Positions 27,870 through 37,658 of a stretch of 48,708 nt of DNA are shown here, one piece after another. The stretch is from an uncultured bacterium (GTDB lineage: Bacteria; Patescibacteriota; Minisyncoccia; UBA6257; 2-01-FULL-56-20). Below the pieces are notes generated by a model. That model did not search any database, was not told the DNA's origin, and worked only from the letters and a program-made list of their open reading frames with translations. A program made the translations under genes and the position numbers. The DNA lies in NCBI GenBank assembly GCA_963747905.1, contig CAVVHF010000011.1:1-48708 (forward strand), in the 5' to 3' direction. Position 1 is the stretch's first letter, and each line of letters starts with the position of its first letter.

Positions 27870-28450
27870 CTAACAAACAGTCATTGTCCATACTCTCCCG
27901 TGTAACCGAATATCCTCGATAATCTTCTCAACCATCCCGGATTCTATTTTGCATTCTTTGAAAGAATACAAATCGATAGGCTGTGATATTTTCTCTATCT
28001 TAAATCCATTTTTCATAAAGAATGAATCTGTTGCATTTTCATCCCGAAACGCATAGTCGTCATAGCGCTGGCCGACCACGGCCTCTACGCGCTTTGTCCG
28101 TTCGCGGGCGCCCGTCATGAAAGCAACCTGATATAAACGACGTTAGGATATTTCTCGACCAATGCAAGCCCATGCAGCGAAAGACCCGCACCGAGTTCCA
28201 ACACTTGAGCATCCGGATGCTTCTCTATAAATTGTTCCAGTGCCGCTTCGCCGCCTTTATATCGCGCCTCAAACCGGGGAACGTCATCGAAATTTTTATG
28301 AAGCTCCCCGCCATAGAGTTTTACCCTCTCCTTTTCAGCGCCAACCAGCACCGCTATTTCTTTCGCATGGGAAATCCCATAAAACGTCCTCATATAGGCT
28401 TGGTTAAAAGCGGTCGGGCTGATTTGTTTGAATTCTCTTAGCGGTTCCAT
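27870..28450 (-). pseudogene. Internally deleted, frameshifted paralog of the adjacent SAM-dependent methyltransferase
   Basis: The N-part (EARYKGGE, VLELGAGLSLHG) and C-part (GQRYDDYAF, DIRLHGRVW) match 28580..29509. The middle ~110 aa are missing and the halves are out of frame near 28130. Confidence 0.75.
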
Positions 28451-28579
28451 CCCTATAGTTTAACAGACATCGAGCCCCTATAAAAAATCTTCCAGTCGAC
28501 TCTCCCCGCTAAACACTATCTGAAAAATTCCCATCCACCAACCTGGAAGCATCTCGGTCATGATGGTATGCTTTACGTC

Positions 28580-29509
28580 ATGGACAGATTAAATTCAGAG
28601 CCTCGTGTCAACAAAAGCAAATTGCGCGAATTTTCTAAGGTTAGCCAAACGGCATTCTGGCATATTTATTGGAGAAGCTTCTATGGCATCCCTTATGCCG
28701 ATGAGATGTCGCGATTGATGGGCGCGAAGGAAAAGACAGGAGGGTTGCGCGGCGAGGAGACGGCTCACGAAGAGATGAGCCCGATCATGGAAGCTCGATA
28801 CAAAGGTGGCGAGATGGCCTTAGAAAGGCTCATTCAGCGATATCCTACTGCCCAAGTCTTGGAATTGGCGACTGGCTTTTCTCTGCACGGGACGACGCTG
28901 GCAGAGAAATATCCGGAAATAGAATATTTTGAAACTGATTATTCCCCGGAAATAATTGAGGTAAAAAAAGAAGTTATAGAATCGCAATTGCTCAAAAAGA
29001 AATTGCCCAATCTGCGTTTTGCACAAGGAAATGCTCTTGATGAGGAGAGTATTAAGCGTGTCTTAGCGGATGCAGATTCTGGTCGTCCCTTGCTCGTCTA
29101 TAACGAGGGATTAATGGCATATCTTTCCGACGCAGAGAAGGAAAAATTGGCGGCGATCATTAAAGTTTTACAGCGACAGTTCAGAGGAGGGGCCTGGATA
29201 ACGCCTGATCCTGCGTTATCAGCCGAGCGAAGAAACCGTTTAGCGACGTTCGCTAAAAGCATGGGTGATAAAGGATTTTCAAAACAAGCAGAAGAAATCG
29301 CCGGACAAAAATATGATGATTATGGTTTTAAAAGTGAGGAGGACGCAGATAAGTTTTTTGTCTCCCAAGGATTCCAGATCGAAAAATTTCCACAGCCCGC
29401 TGACTTACATTCTCTTGAGAATCATAGCCTTAATCCGGAGGTAGCTCGCCGATTATCTAAAGATATACGGGAATATGGGAAAGTGTGGGTTTTGAAAACA
29501 AATTCATAG
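28580..29509 (+). CDS. Class I SAM-dependent methyltransferase, leucine-carboxyl-methyltransferase-like
   Basis: VLELATGFS, YFETD, GNALD, NEGLMAYL, WITPD. Confidence 0.82.
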   Translation: MDRLNSEPRVNKSKLREFSKVSQTAFWHIYWRSFYGIPYADEMSRLMGAKEKTGGLRGEETAHEEMSPIMEARYKGGEMALERLIQRYPTAQVLELATGFSLHGTTLAEKYPEIEYFETDYSPEIIEVKKEVIESQLLKKKLPNLRFAQGNALDEESIKRVLADADSGRPLLVYNEGLMAYLSDAEKEKLAAIIKVLQRQFRGGAWITPDPALSAERRNRLATFAKSMGDKGFSKQAEEIAGQKYDDYGFKSEEDADKFFVSQGFQIEKFPQPADLHSLENHSLNPEVARRLSKDIREYGKVWVLKTNS

Positions 29510-29566
29510 TTTGACTTACATCAAAAAAGATAACGTTTATGCAGTGTGATCGGTCTCACTGCGCTG

Positions 29567-29638
29567 TGCCCCCGAGAAGAATTGAACTTCTATCTTATCC
29601 TTAGGACGGATCTGTTCTATCCGTTGAACTACGAGGGC
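29567..29638 (-). tRNA. tRNA-Arg(CCT)
   Basis: Acceptor GCCCTCG/CGGGGGC, D arm GTTC/GAAC, anticodon loop GTCCTAA, T arm AGAAG-TTCAATT-CTTCT. Confidence 0.9.
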
Positions 29639-29719
29639 TTTGAGAACACTATAGACGATTGACGCAGAGGGAGCAATATATATAGAATGAGTGGCAGACA
29701 TCGTCGGATCGTCATACGA

Positions 29720-29790
29720 GGGCCCATAGTAAAATGGTATCACGCCTCCATGGCATGGAGGAGGTCGGGGTTCGATTCCCCGTGGGTCCA
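29720..29790 (+). tRNA. tRNA-Ala(GGC)
   Basis: Acceptor GGGCCCA/TGGGTCC with G3:U70, anticodon arm CCTCC-ATGGCAT-GGAGG. Confidence 0.93.
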
Positions 29791-29794
29791 CAGA

Positions 29795-29884
29795 GGTGAG
29801 GTGGCCGAGTGGTTTAAGGCAACAGTCTTGAAAACTGTCATACGGGAAACCGTATCGTGAGTTCGAATCTCACCCTCACCGCCA
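29795..29884 (+). tRNA. tRNA-Ser(TGA)
   Basis: Acceptor GGTGAGG/CCTCACC, anticodon arm ACAGT-CTTGAAA-ACTGT, long variable arm, G discriminator, encoded CCA. Confidence 0.95.
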
Positions 29885-29930
29885 TTAGAAAATCTTCGCA
29901 AAGTGCGCTAGGATGAGCTTACCTATAATT

Positions 29931-30767
29931 ATGCGCTCACAGCACTCATCGTACTCAGTCCATTCCCAGCGCCCTTCGCGCGGCCAACACTCTTCGCGAT
30001 CGCAGCAGTATGCAGCGCACGGCTCGCGCGAGAAGATCTATATCTACGGCAAACACGCACTCATGGAAGCGCTCGCGTACGCTCCGCAGACGGTGAGGAA
30101 GGTTTTTTTGTCGCCGGAAGTGAATGACGCCGAACTGCGCGCGCTATTAAAAAAACTCAACCTCGCGCCCAGCGTTTTGAAAACGCGTGAGATGGATCAC
30201 ATGGTCGGCCGCGAAACGGCGCATCAGGGCGTCATCGCCGTAACCGATCCGGGATCGCTCCTGCTCGACTTCAAAGAATTTCTCGCCGAGCTACGACCGA
30301 CCGAAAATACCATGTTGGTGTTGCTCGATGAGCTGACCGACCCGCACAACGTGGGCGCGATCATCCGTTCCGCCGCCGCGTTCGGCGCGGCGGCCGTTCT
30401 GCTCCCCGTCCACAACCAGGCGCCAATCACTGGCACGGTGGTGAAAACTTCCGCCGGCATGGCATTCCGCGTCCCGCTCGTCTCGATCGGCAACGTCAAC
30501 CAAGCCGTCGACGCGCTCGCAAAGACGGGATTCCGCACGTACGGCCTCGTGATGGATGGCTCGCAGAACATCGCCGACGAAAAGTTCGATGCGCCAGCTT
30601 TGTTTATTGTCGGCAATGAAGGCGACGGCATTCGACAGAAAACGATGGAGCGCTGTGATGTCGGCTTGCGCATCCCGATGAACGCGCGCGCGGAATCATT
30701 GAACGCATCGGTGTCCGCGGCGGTGGTTTTGTATCAATGGAGCGTACGACATCCAGGCGCACTTTGA
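29931..30767 (+). CDS. rlmB: TrmH/SpoU-family 23S rRNA 2'-O-methyltransferase, RlmB-like
   Basis: YGKHA, HQGVIA, DPHNVGAIIRSA, KTSAG, GNEGDG, IPM...ESLNASV. Confidence 0.9.
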   Translation: MRSQHSSYSVHSQRPSRGQHSSRSQQYAAHGSREKIYIYGKHALMEALAYAPQTVRKVFLSPEVNDAELRALLKKLNLAPSVLKTREMDHMVGRETAHQGVIAVTDPGSLLLDFKEFLAELRPTENTMLVLLDELTDPHNVGAIIRSAAAFGAAAVLLPVHNQAPITGTVVKTSAGMAFRVPLVSIGNVNQAVDALAKTGFRTYGLVMDGSQNIADEKFDAPALFIVGNEGDGIRQKTMERCDVGLRIPMNARAESLNASVSAAVVLYQWSVRHPGAL

Positions 30768-30894
30768 GATCCATAGCGATCCAAATACTATGGATATCAA
30801 GATGGCGATCTGGCGTGGTGCCGCAAGCACCATTTTCAAAAAGATCGTTCGAAAGAACGGTCTTTTTGATTTCTGATATAATCCTCTTATATCC

Positions 30895-31815
30895 ATGCAA
30901 CATATTGATCTTGAGACAAACGGCTGGCCCGACTACGAACTTCTCGACTCCGGCGATAACAAAAAGCTCGAGCGGTTTGGACCGTTCGTTTTGATCCGTC
31001 CGGAAACGCAAGCAATCTGGAAACCGCTCCATCTGGAATTATGGAAAAACGCGAAAGCGGAGTTCCGGTTCGATGGCGGAAAGGGATCATGGCACTCTAA
31101 GAATAATGGCGGCGCGGAAACGTGGGAGATCACATGGAACAGCGACGCACGCTTTACTTTGCGCCTGACTTCGTTCAAGCACACCGGCGTCTTTCCGGAA
31201 CAGGCGCCGAACTGGAAATGGATCGCGGATCGCGTGAGCGCGCTCGCGAAGCATGCGGGGCAAAACAGCGCGGATAAGCCCAAGGTCCTCAACCTCTTCG
31301 GCTACACCGGCATCGCGAGTATCGTGGCGGCAAAGCGTGGCGCGCTCGTCACGCACCTCGACGCATCCAAACAAAGCAACATATGGGCGCGCGAGAACGC
31401 GGCGCTCTCGCAAGTACCGGACAGCGGCATACGCTACATAACCGACGACGCGCTCAAGTTCGTAGAACGCGAGATCCGGCGGGGCTCGGTCTATGACGGT
31501 GTCATTCTCGACCCACCTGCGTTCGGCCGCGGGCCGGACGGTGAAGTGTGGAAAATCGAGGAGGACGTTGTTCTCCTGCTCGATACCGTGCGGAAAATAT
31601 TTTCGAAAAAGCCCGGCTCGTTCTTCTTGTTAAACGGCTACGCCGCAGGCTACGCGCCGCAGTCACTGTTGCAGGCAGTGGAAAGCTCGTTCCCGGAAAT
31701 CGCAATAAGCGTAGGCGCGAAAAAAATCGAAAGCGAGTTCGGCGAATTACGCGTCAACGAAAAAAATTCCGCCCGTGTAGTATCATCGGGAATCTACGTG
31801 CGGTTTTTGAGATAA
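30895..31815 (+). CDS. RlmI/RlmK-related class I SAM-dependent methyltransferase
   Basis: YELLDSG...KLERFG, FKHTGVFPEQ, VLNLFGYTG, ILDPPAFGRG. Confidence 0.88.
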   Translation: MQHIDLETNGWPDYELLDSGDNKKLERFGPFVLIRPETQAIWKPLHLELWKNAKAEFRFDGGKGSWHSKNNGGAETWEITWNSDARFTLRLTSFKHTGVFPEQAPNWKWIADRVSALAKHAGQNSADKPKVLNLFGYTGIASIVAAKRGALVTHLDASKQSNIWARENAALSQVPDSGIRYITDDALKFVEREIRRGSVYDGVILDPPAFGRGPDGEVWKIEEDVVLLLDTVRKIFSKKPGSFFLLNGYAAGYAPQSLLQAVESSFPEIAISVGAKKIESEFGELRVNEKNSARVVSSGIYVRFLR

Positions 31816-31843
31816 GTGCGCTCTTTCATGGTAGAATAAACCC

Positions 31844-32860
31844 ATGGACGATAAGCGCGTCATTAAAGTCATTAAGAAGGTCATGCCATCAGTGGTTTCG
31901 ATCTCCATCGCGGAGCGGCTGACGGATCTTGAAAAGCAATTTCCGAAAGACTTCAATCCTACGATCCCCGACGGGACGGTGGACGACCGAGGTATGGTGC
32001 AGACCGGCGGCGGCTCGGGATTCATCGTCGCGCCGAACGGACTCATCCTCACGAACAAACACGTGGTGAGCGAACGTAAAGCGGAATACACCGTGATCCT
32101 TGCCGACGGCCGCGCATTCCCGGCAAAAATTTTAAGCCGCGACCCAATCAACGACGTCGCTATTTTAAAGATCCCCGTAGACAAGCTCCCCTGCGTGCGC
32201 CTCGGGGATGCGACACAACTTGAACTCGGCCAGTCGCTCATCGCAATCGGCAATGCGCTCGGCATCTTCCGCAACACCGTTTCCGTCGGCATCGTCTCCG
32301 GACTTTCGCGCTCGATCACCGCCCAGGCGGAACCCGACGCGCCGCCGCAGGAAATGCGCGGTCTCATCCAAACCGACGCGGCGATCAATCCCGGCAACTC
32401 CGGCGGCCCAATCGTGGATCGCGACGGCTGCGTCGTCGGCGTGAACGCGGCCATCGTCTCCGGCGCGCAAAACATCGGCTTCGCGATCCCGGTGAATGCC
32501 GCGCGACGCGATATTGATGACATAAAAAAATTCGGCCGCATTAACCGTCCGTTGCTCGGCGTCCGCTACACAATGATCGACGATGTGCTTAAGAAAAAAA
32601 TGGGTCTCTCCGTGAACTACGGCGCCTATGTGACGCGCGAAAGCGAGCACGACTATGCCGTGGTTCCCGAGAGTCCTGCGGAAAAAGCAGGCATCAAAGA
32701 AAAGGACATTATCCTGGAGTTCAACGGAAAGCACCTTGACCGCGACCATCCCATCGTCGATTTCCTGGAAGAATCCAACGTTGGCGATGAGATCGAACTG
32801 CTTGTCCTCCGCGACGGAAGGCAATTCCCGGCAAAGATGGTATTAATGGAAAGAAAATAA
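31844..32860 (+). CDS. HtrA/DegP-family serine protease with one PDZ domain
   Basis: GSGFI, TNKHVV, DVAILK, QTDAAINPGNSGGP, SPAEKAGIKEKDII. Confidence 0.93.
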   Translation: MDDKRVIKVIKKVMPSVVSISIAERLTDLEKQFPKDFNPTIPDGTVDDRGMVQTGGGSGFIVAPNGLILTNKHVVSERKAEYTVILADGRAFPAKILSRDPINDVAILKIPVDKLPCVRLGDATQLELGQSLIAIGNALGIFRNTVSVGIVSGLSRSITAQAEPDAPPQEMRGLIQTDAAINPGNSGGPIVDRDGCVVGVNAAIVSGAQNIGFAIPVNAARRDIDDIKKFGRINRPLLGVRYTMIDDVLKKKMGLSVNYGAYVTRESEHDYAVVPESPAEKAGIKEKDIILEFNGKHLDRDHPIVDFLEESNVGDEIELLVLRDGRQFPAKMVLMERK

Positions 32861-32907
32861 AAAAACGCCCCCGTGAAAAAATCACGGAAGCGGCCGAACA
32901 TTTCCTT

Positions 32908-33132
32908 TTAATCCTCGTTGAGCGACTTAAAGATTGTCGCTTTTTTTTCTTTTTCCCACGCTGCACACATAGAACACTGGTCAGTGTGGCGCTGAAAACG
33001 GCCGATCAGAGAAAGATCATCAAGATCTACCTCCATCAACGAGACATTTCTTCCGAAAATATCTCTTACCGCTCGGAGATAATCTCCTCGTAACCGTCCG
33101 CAATCAATGTTAACACCACTCTTTCCTGCCAT
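32908..33132 (-). CDS. Small protein with an HxxxCxxC (zinc anti-sigma-like) motif
   Basis: N-terminal Cys plus HTDQCSMC, AAGGGAG SD, TTGACG -35 at 33188. Confidence 0.6.
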   Translation of the reverse strand: MAGKSGVNIDCGRLRGDYLRAVRDIFGRNVSLMEVDLDDLSLIGRFQRHTDQCSMCAAWEKEKKATIFKSLNED

Positions 33133-33188
33133 TGGAAAATCTCCCTTCTCTAAAAGCAAAATATCACACCGACGAGCGCTTCGTCAAT

Positions 33189-34175
33189 TCAATAGGTATA
33201 AAGATCCACAAGTAGCCCATTCTTGTCGAGCAGGCGCACTTTATCATGATACTGGTTCACAGGACTACTGCCGGTCCATACCCACACCTGATTGCTTAAA
33301 AAGTTCGCATCCTCGGAGTGCTGGTCGAAACATGACCGATAGGTAAAGTTATTTTCGATATAGTTCATGCACGCGTAATCGTTGGTCGGAACCTGCGGGC
33401 CCGATAGGGCGGCCGTCTGGCATTGCCCGATAGTATCAAGATAGTTTTGGCACGCGCCCGAAAAATCCTGGAGTTGAGACTGGTTGATATACGGACACGT
33501 GAGCGGTAACGCCGGAACAAAATTGGCAACGTGCGCGGCGTAGCCGATGCACTCGTTCAACCGCAGGCTGAACGGTGCGGATGATGAATAAATGGACACC
33601 ATGTCACCAGTCTTGACATTGATATCGCTTGCCGGCGCGAGCCCGGTGGGATCGTACAGATTGACCGCTTGCGGAACATATTCGTCGCCGTTGTTCGACT
33701 GGATCTGCCAACCAGTGATGTCGATCGTCCCCGTTGAATTATAATCGTCGTCATTCAGAGTGATCGTGCCGTAGGAATAGAAGTTCGCTGCGGAGATACT
33801 CCCGAACAACACGTCATGGAAATACGGCGAAAGCTGTGCAGCAGTATATCCCGCGGGAATCTCGGCAGGATTGATGGTGGTGGTCGCACCTTCGGCGCCA
33901 GAACCGGATGACGGCGCGGTAATGATCGTCTGTTGGGGCGGCGCGGGCGGAAGCGAGGGTCCGATGGGCGCATGGGAACCACTAGAGATACCGAGACTAT
34001 CCCAAAATGAACTTAGCGAAAAAGCATGAGCCCCGGACGATCCCGTGCTGGAAGGCGCAGGGAGCAATGCATTGATCCCCTTCAAGCCATTCGCAAACGC
34101 GCCGGAGCTGTACAGGTATAACCCGATACCCAGCGCGACGATGATGATAATGATGAACCAGATCTTTGCTCCCAT
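33189..34175 (-). CDS. N-anchored extracellular Cys-containing protein, lamin-tail-like motifs
   Basis: N-terminal TM, S/P/T linker, IDITGWQIQS, DKVRLLDKNGLLVD. Confidence 0.75.
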   Translation of the reverse strand: MGAKIWFIIIIIVALGIGLYLYSSGAFANGLKGINALLPAPSSTGSSGAHAFSLSSFWDSLGISSGSHAPIGPSLPPAPPQQTIITAPSSGSGAEGATTTINPAEIPAGYTAAQLSPYFHDVLFGSISAANFYSYGTITLNDDDYNSTGTIDITGWQIQSNNGDEYVPQAVNLYDPTGLAPASDINVKTGDMVSIYSSSAPFSLRLNECIGYAAHVANFVPALPLTCPYINQSQLQDFSGACQNYLDTIGQCQTAALSGPQVPTNDYACMNYIENNFTYRSCFDQHSEDANFLSNQVWVWTGSSPVNQYHDKVRLLDKNGLLVDLYTY

Positions 34176-34180
34176 AATAA

Positions 34181-36703
34181 TTAGATGACGATGTTGACCA
34201 ACTTTTTATCCACGTAGATGATACGCTTCGGCGCGCGCGCGCTACCTTGCGCGCCGCCTGCGGCGGTAGCGATCGCGCCCTTCACTTTTTCGCTCACGAG
34301 CGCCATCGCTTTTGCGGCGGTCTCGTCGATCGCCGCATCCACGGAGACCATATCCTTCGTCTTCCCATTCACCTGGAATACGATCGTGATCTTCTCCTGT
34401 GCGATGAGCGCCGGATCGTACACGGGCCACGGCTCGAAATCAACATAACTCGCATTGCCCATGAGCGACCATAACTCCTGCGCCATATGAGGGACGAACG
34501 GGTGGACAATCTTTACGAACGACAAGAGCTCCTCGTGCGCAAGCGGTGCGGTCACTTCTAACTCATTTAAGAGTATCATAAGCGCCGAGATGGCGGTGTT
34601 AAACTTGAACGTCTCGATGTCCTCCCCCACTTTTTTGATCGTGCGGTGGAGTGCGACGCGCGCGGACGGCTTCTCATTTGATGCTATGGGCGTTGCCGAT
34701 GCCACGATAGTTTTTTCCGATGCGTCGTTACAATATCTCCAGAACCGCTTAAGGAAACGTTCGACACCGAGTATCCCCTTTGCATCCCATGGCGTCGCTT
34801 CGTAAAACGGGCCGAGGAACATCAGATACATCCGCATCGCGTCAGCGCTGAACTCCGCGATGATCTCGTCGGGATTCACCACATTGCCCTTACTCTTTGA
34901 CATTTTCTGACCGTCGGCGCCCATGATGAGCCCGATGTGTCGCATTTTTTTGAACGGCTCGTCAAACGAAACATATCCTTCGTCGTGCAGAAACTTTGTG
35001 ATAAACCGCGAGTAGAGCAAGTGCATCACCGTGTGCTCCGCGCCGATCACATAGAGGTCCACCGGCATCCAGTGCGCCACTTTTTCCTTACTGAAGATCG
35101 CGCTCGCGTTGTGCGGATCCGGATAGCGAAGAAAATACCACGATGAATCCACGAATGTGTCCAACGTCTCCGCGTCGCGCTTGGCATCTGCGGCGCCGCA
35201 CTGCGGGCACTTTACGTTAATGAAACTCAGCGAACTCGCGAGCGGAGGCATCCCCTGCGGCCGATAGTTTTCGAGGTCCGGTAATACCACTGGCAACTCG
35301 TTCTCTGGAACCGGCACGATGCCGCATTTCGCGCAATGCACCATCGGAATCGGCACACCCCAATATCGCTGGCGAGAGACGGACCAATCGCGCAGTTTGT
35401 ATTGCGTCTTCATTGTTCCGCCGACGAATTTTACAATTTCCGCCTTCGCTTTTTCCGAACCCATACCAGTAAAGGCACCGGAATTTATCAGATCACCTAT
35501 CCCCTCCCACAGATCCTCCTCCGCACGTAGCTCCGGTGCCGCGCCGCCCATCGCGGCGCCCACCGCAGGCACGCCAGGGATGATTGGCTTCGGTACCACC
35601 ACTTTTTTGATCGGCAACCCGAACTTCTTTGCAAACTCAAAGTCCCGCTCATCGTGTGCGGGGACTGCCATGATCGCGCCCGTGCCATAGGAACCAAGAA
35701 CATAATCTGCGATCCACACCGGTATCTCTTCTTTGTTTGCAGGATTCTCCGCGCGAACGCCCTTCAATTCCACGCCGGTCTTATTTTTTACTTCCTCCTG
35801 CCGCATACGATCGGTCTTGTGTGACGTCTCCTCGCGATATTTCTCTATCTCCCCCCAGTTTTCGATCTGTGGTTTCAACGCTTCGATCAATTTATTTTCC
35901 GGCGCGAGCACAAGATAGGTTGCACCGAAGAGCGTATCGGGGCGCGTCGTAAAAACCTCTATGGACAATTGGTCATTGTTTGGGATTTGGGATTTAGAAA
36001 TTTGGAATTTCAGCAGTGCTCCTTCGCTCCTTCCAATCCAATCCTCTTGGCGTTTGATCGTCGCCGCCGGCCAATCAAGCCCCTTAAGATCCTCGAGCAG
36101 CCGGTCCGCATAGTTGGTGATCTTTAAAAACCATTGCTCCATCGCGCGCTCTTCGATCTCGGTGCCGCACCGCTCGCACTTGCCGTCAATCACCTGTTCG
36201 TTCGCGAGCACGGTCTGATCCTTCGGGCACCAGTTCACTTTCGCGTCCTTGCGATACGCGAGGCCGCGCTTATAGAGCTGGATGAACAGCCACTGTGTCC
36301 ACTTATAATATTCCGGCGATGAAGTATCAAGCTCGCGATCCCAGTCGTACGAGAAACCGAACATCTGCACCTGGCGACGGAAGTTGGTGGTATTCGCGAG
36401 CGCGACTTCCTTCGGCGGCTTCCCTACCTTGATGGCATAGTTTTCCGTCGGGAGCCCGAACGCGTCCCACCCCATCGTGTAAAGAACTTCGTACCCGCGC
36501 ATGCGCATGTAGCGCGCATGGATGTCCTCCGCGGTAAAGCCCTTCGGATGGCCAACGTGCAACCCCGCCGCAGACGGATATGGGAACGTCTCCAGCTGAT
36601 AATATTTCGGCTTCGCCGAATCGTCGGTAGCCTTAAAAACCTTCTCTTCGAGCCATTTTTTATTCCACTTTTCCTCGATGACCTTTGGGTCGTAGACGGA
36701 CAT
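34181..36703 (-). CDS. leuS: Leucine--tRNA ligase
   Basis: FPYPS..GLHVGH, FTTRPDTLFG, GTGAIMAVPAHD, SRQRYWG, KMSKSKGN. Confidence 0.98.
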   Translation of the reverse strand: MSVYDPKVIEEKWNKKWLEEKVFKATDDSAKPKYYQLETFPYPSAAGLHVGHPKGFTAEDIHARYMRMRGYEVLYTMGWDAFGLPTENYAIKVGKPPKEVALANTTNFRRQVQMFGFSYDWDRELDTSSPEYYKWTQWLFIQLYKRGLAYRKDAKVNWCPKDQTVLANEQVIDGKCERCGTEIEERAMEQWFLKITNYADRLLEDLKGLDWPAATIKRQEDWIGRSEGALLKFQISKSQIPNNDQLSIEVFTTRPDTLFGATYLVLAPENKLIEALKPQIENWGEIEKYREETSHKTDRMRQEEVKNKTGVELKGVRAENPANKEEIPVWIADYVLGSYGTGAIMAVPAHDERDFEFAKKFGLPIKKVVVPKPIIPGVPAVGAAMGGAAPELRAEEDLWEGIGDLINSGAFTGMGSEKAKAEIVKFVGGTMKTQYKLRDWSVSRQRYWGVPIPMVHCAKCGIVPVPENELPVVLPDLENYRPQGMPPLASSLSFINVKCPQCGAADAKRDAETLDTFVDSSWYFLRYPDPHNASAIFSKEKVAHWMPVDLYVIGAEHTVMHLLYSRFITKFLHDEGYVSFDEPFKKMRHIGLIMGADGQKMSKSKGNVVNPDEIIAEFSADAMRMYLMFLGPFYEATPWDAKGILGVERFLKRFWRYCNDASEKTIVASATPIASNEKPSARVALHRTIKKVGEDIETFKFNTAISALMILLNELEVTAPLAHEELLSFVKIVHPFVPHMAQELWSLMGNASYVDFEPWPVYDPALIAQEKITIVFQVNGKTKDMVSVDAAIDETAAKAMALVSEKVKGAIATAAGGAQGSARAPKRIIYVDKKLVNIVI

Positions 36704-36737
36704 ATCCCAATCATTCTACGGCTTTATCGGCGTTTTC

Positions 36738-37619
36738 TCAACGTCCGATCCCAAAAATCCGCTTCCCGTTCTCCCAGATCTGCGCTTTCATCTCGTCCTC
36801 TGAAACACGTTTTAGCTCGGCGAGCTTGGTCACAGTATGCAGCACATACGCCGGCTCGTTGCGCTTTCCACGGAACGGCGCGGGCGCGACGTACGGCGCA
36901 TCGGTCTCACTCATGATGCGATCAATCGGGATAGACGCAATCGCCTCATTATAATCGCCCTGCGTCTTGCCTTTGCGCGGCGGAAACGTAATGACGCCGC
37001 CGAAGGTAAATGAAAACCCAAGATCGAGCAACGCGCGGGCGTCATCTGGCGTACCGGTGAAAAAATGAATGACGCCCGGCGGAAATTCATGCGCGTGCGG
37101 ACGGAGGAATGCTATCAGCTCAGGAAATGCGTCCCTGCAATGAATCATTAATGGTTTTTTAACCTCTTTAGAAAGCTTGATCTGCGCCGCGAATGCGGCC
37201 TTCTGCCGCACAATCTGCGTCTCACGCGGCTCGTCGTCGTTGAAGTGGAAATAATCCAGGCCGCATTCGCCGATGGCGACCGTCTTTGGATTCAACGCAA
37301 GGGCCCTATAATAACCCACGTCAAAAACCTCCGCGCGCGAGGTGAATGTAATAGCGGCCTCTCCCCCGCCAAGCTCCTGTTCATCATGGAATGATCGACT
37401 CGTGTGGATAGGATGCAATCCGATTGCGGCGTACATCGTCCCGTCGGGATATTTTTCCGCAAGCTTCACTGCCGCGCGCGAAGTGTCCTTCTGCGTGCCG
37501 ATGACGATCATCTTCTGGACACCCGCATCAAACGCACGCTGAATGACCGCGTCACGATCGGCATCGTAACCGGAAAACTGCACGTGGGTATGGGCATCAA
37601 GAAAGTGAGATTGCTTCAT
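36738..37619 (-). CDS. tatD: TatD-family nuclease
   Basis: DAHTH, GLHP, IGECGLDY, IHCRDA, HFF, ETDAPY, RNEP. Confidence 0.93.
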   Translation of the reverse strand: MKQSHFLDAHTHVQFSGYDADRDAVIQRAFDAGVQKMIVIGTQKDTSRAAVKLAEKYPDGTMYAAIGLHPIHTSRSFHDEQELGGGEAAITFTSRAEVFDVGYYRALALNPKTVAIGECGLDYFHFNDDEPRETQIVRQKAAFAAQIKLSKEVKKPLMIHCRDAFPELIAFLRPHAHEFPPGVIHFFTGTPDDARALLDLGFSFTFGGVITFPPRKGKTQGDYNEAIASIPIDRIMSETDAPYVAPAPFRGKRNEPAYVLHTVTKLAELKRVSEDEMKAQIWENGKRIFGIGR

Positions 37620-37658
37620 GGATAAAATTATTCTATCATATGGGCAGTTCGTTTTTCC

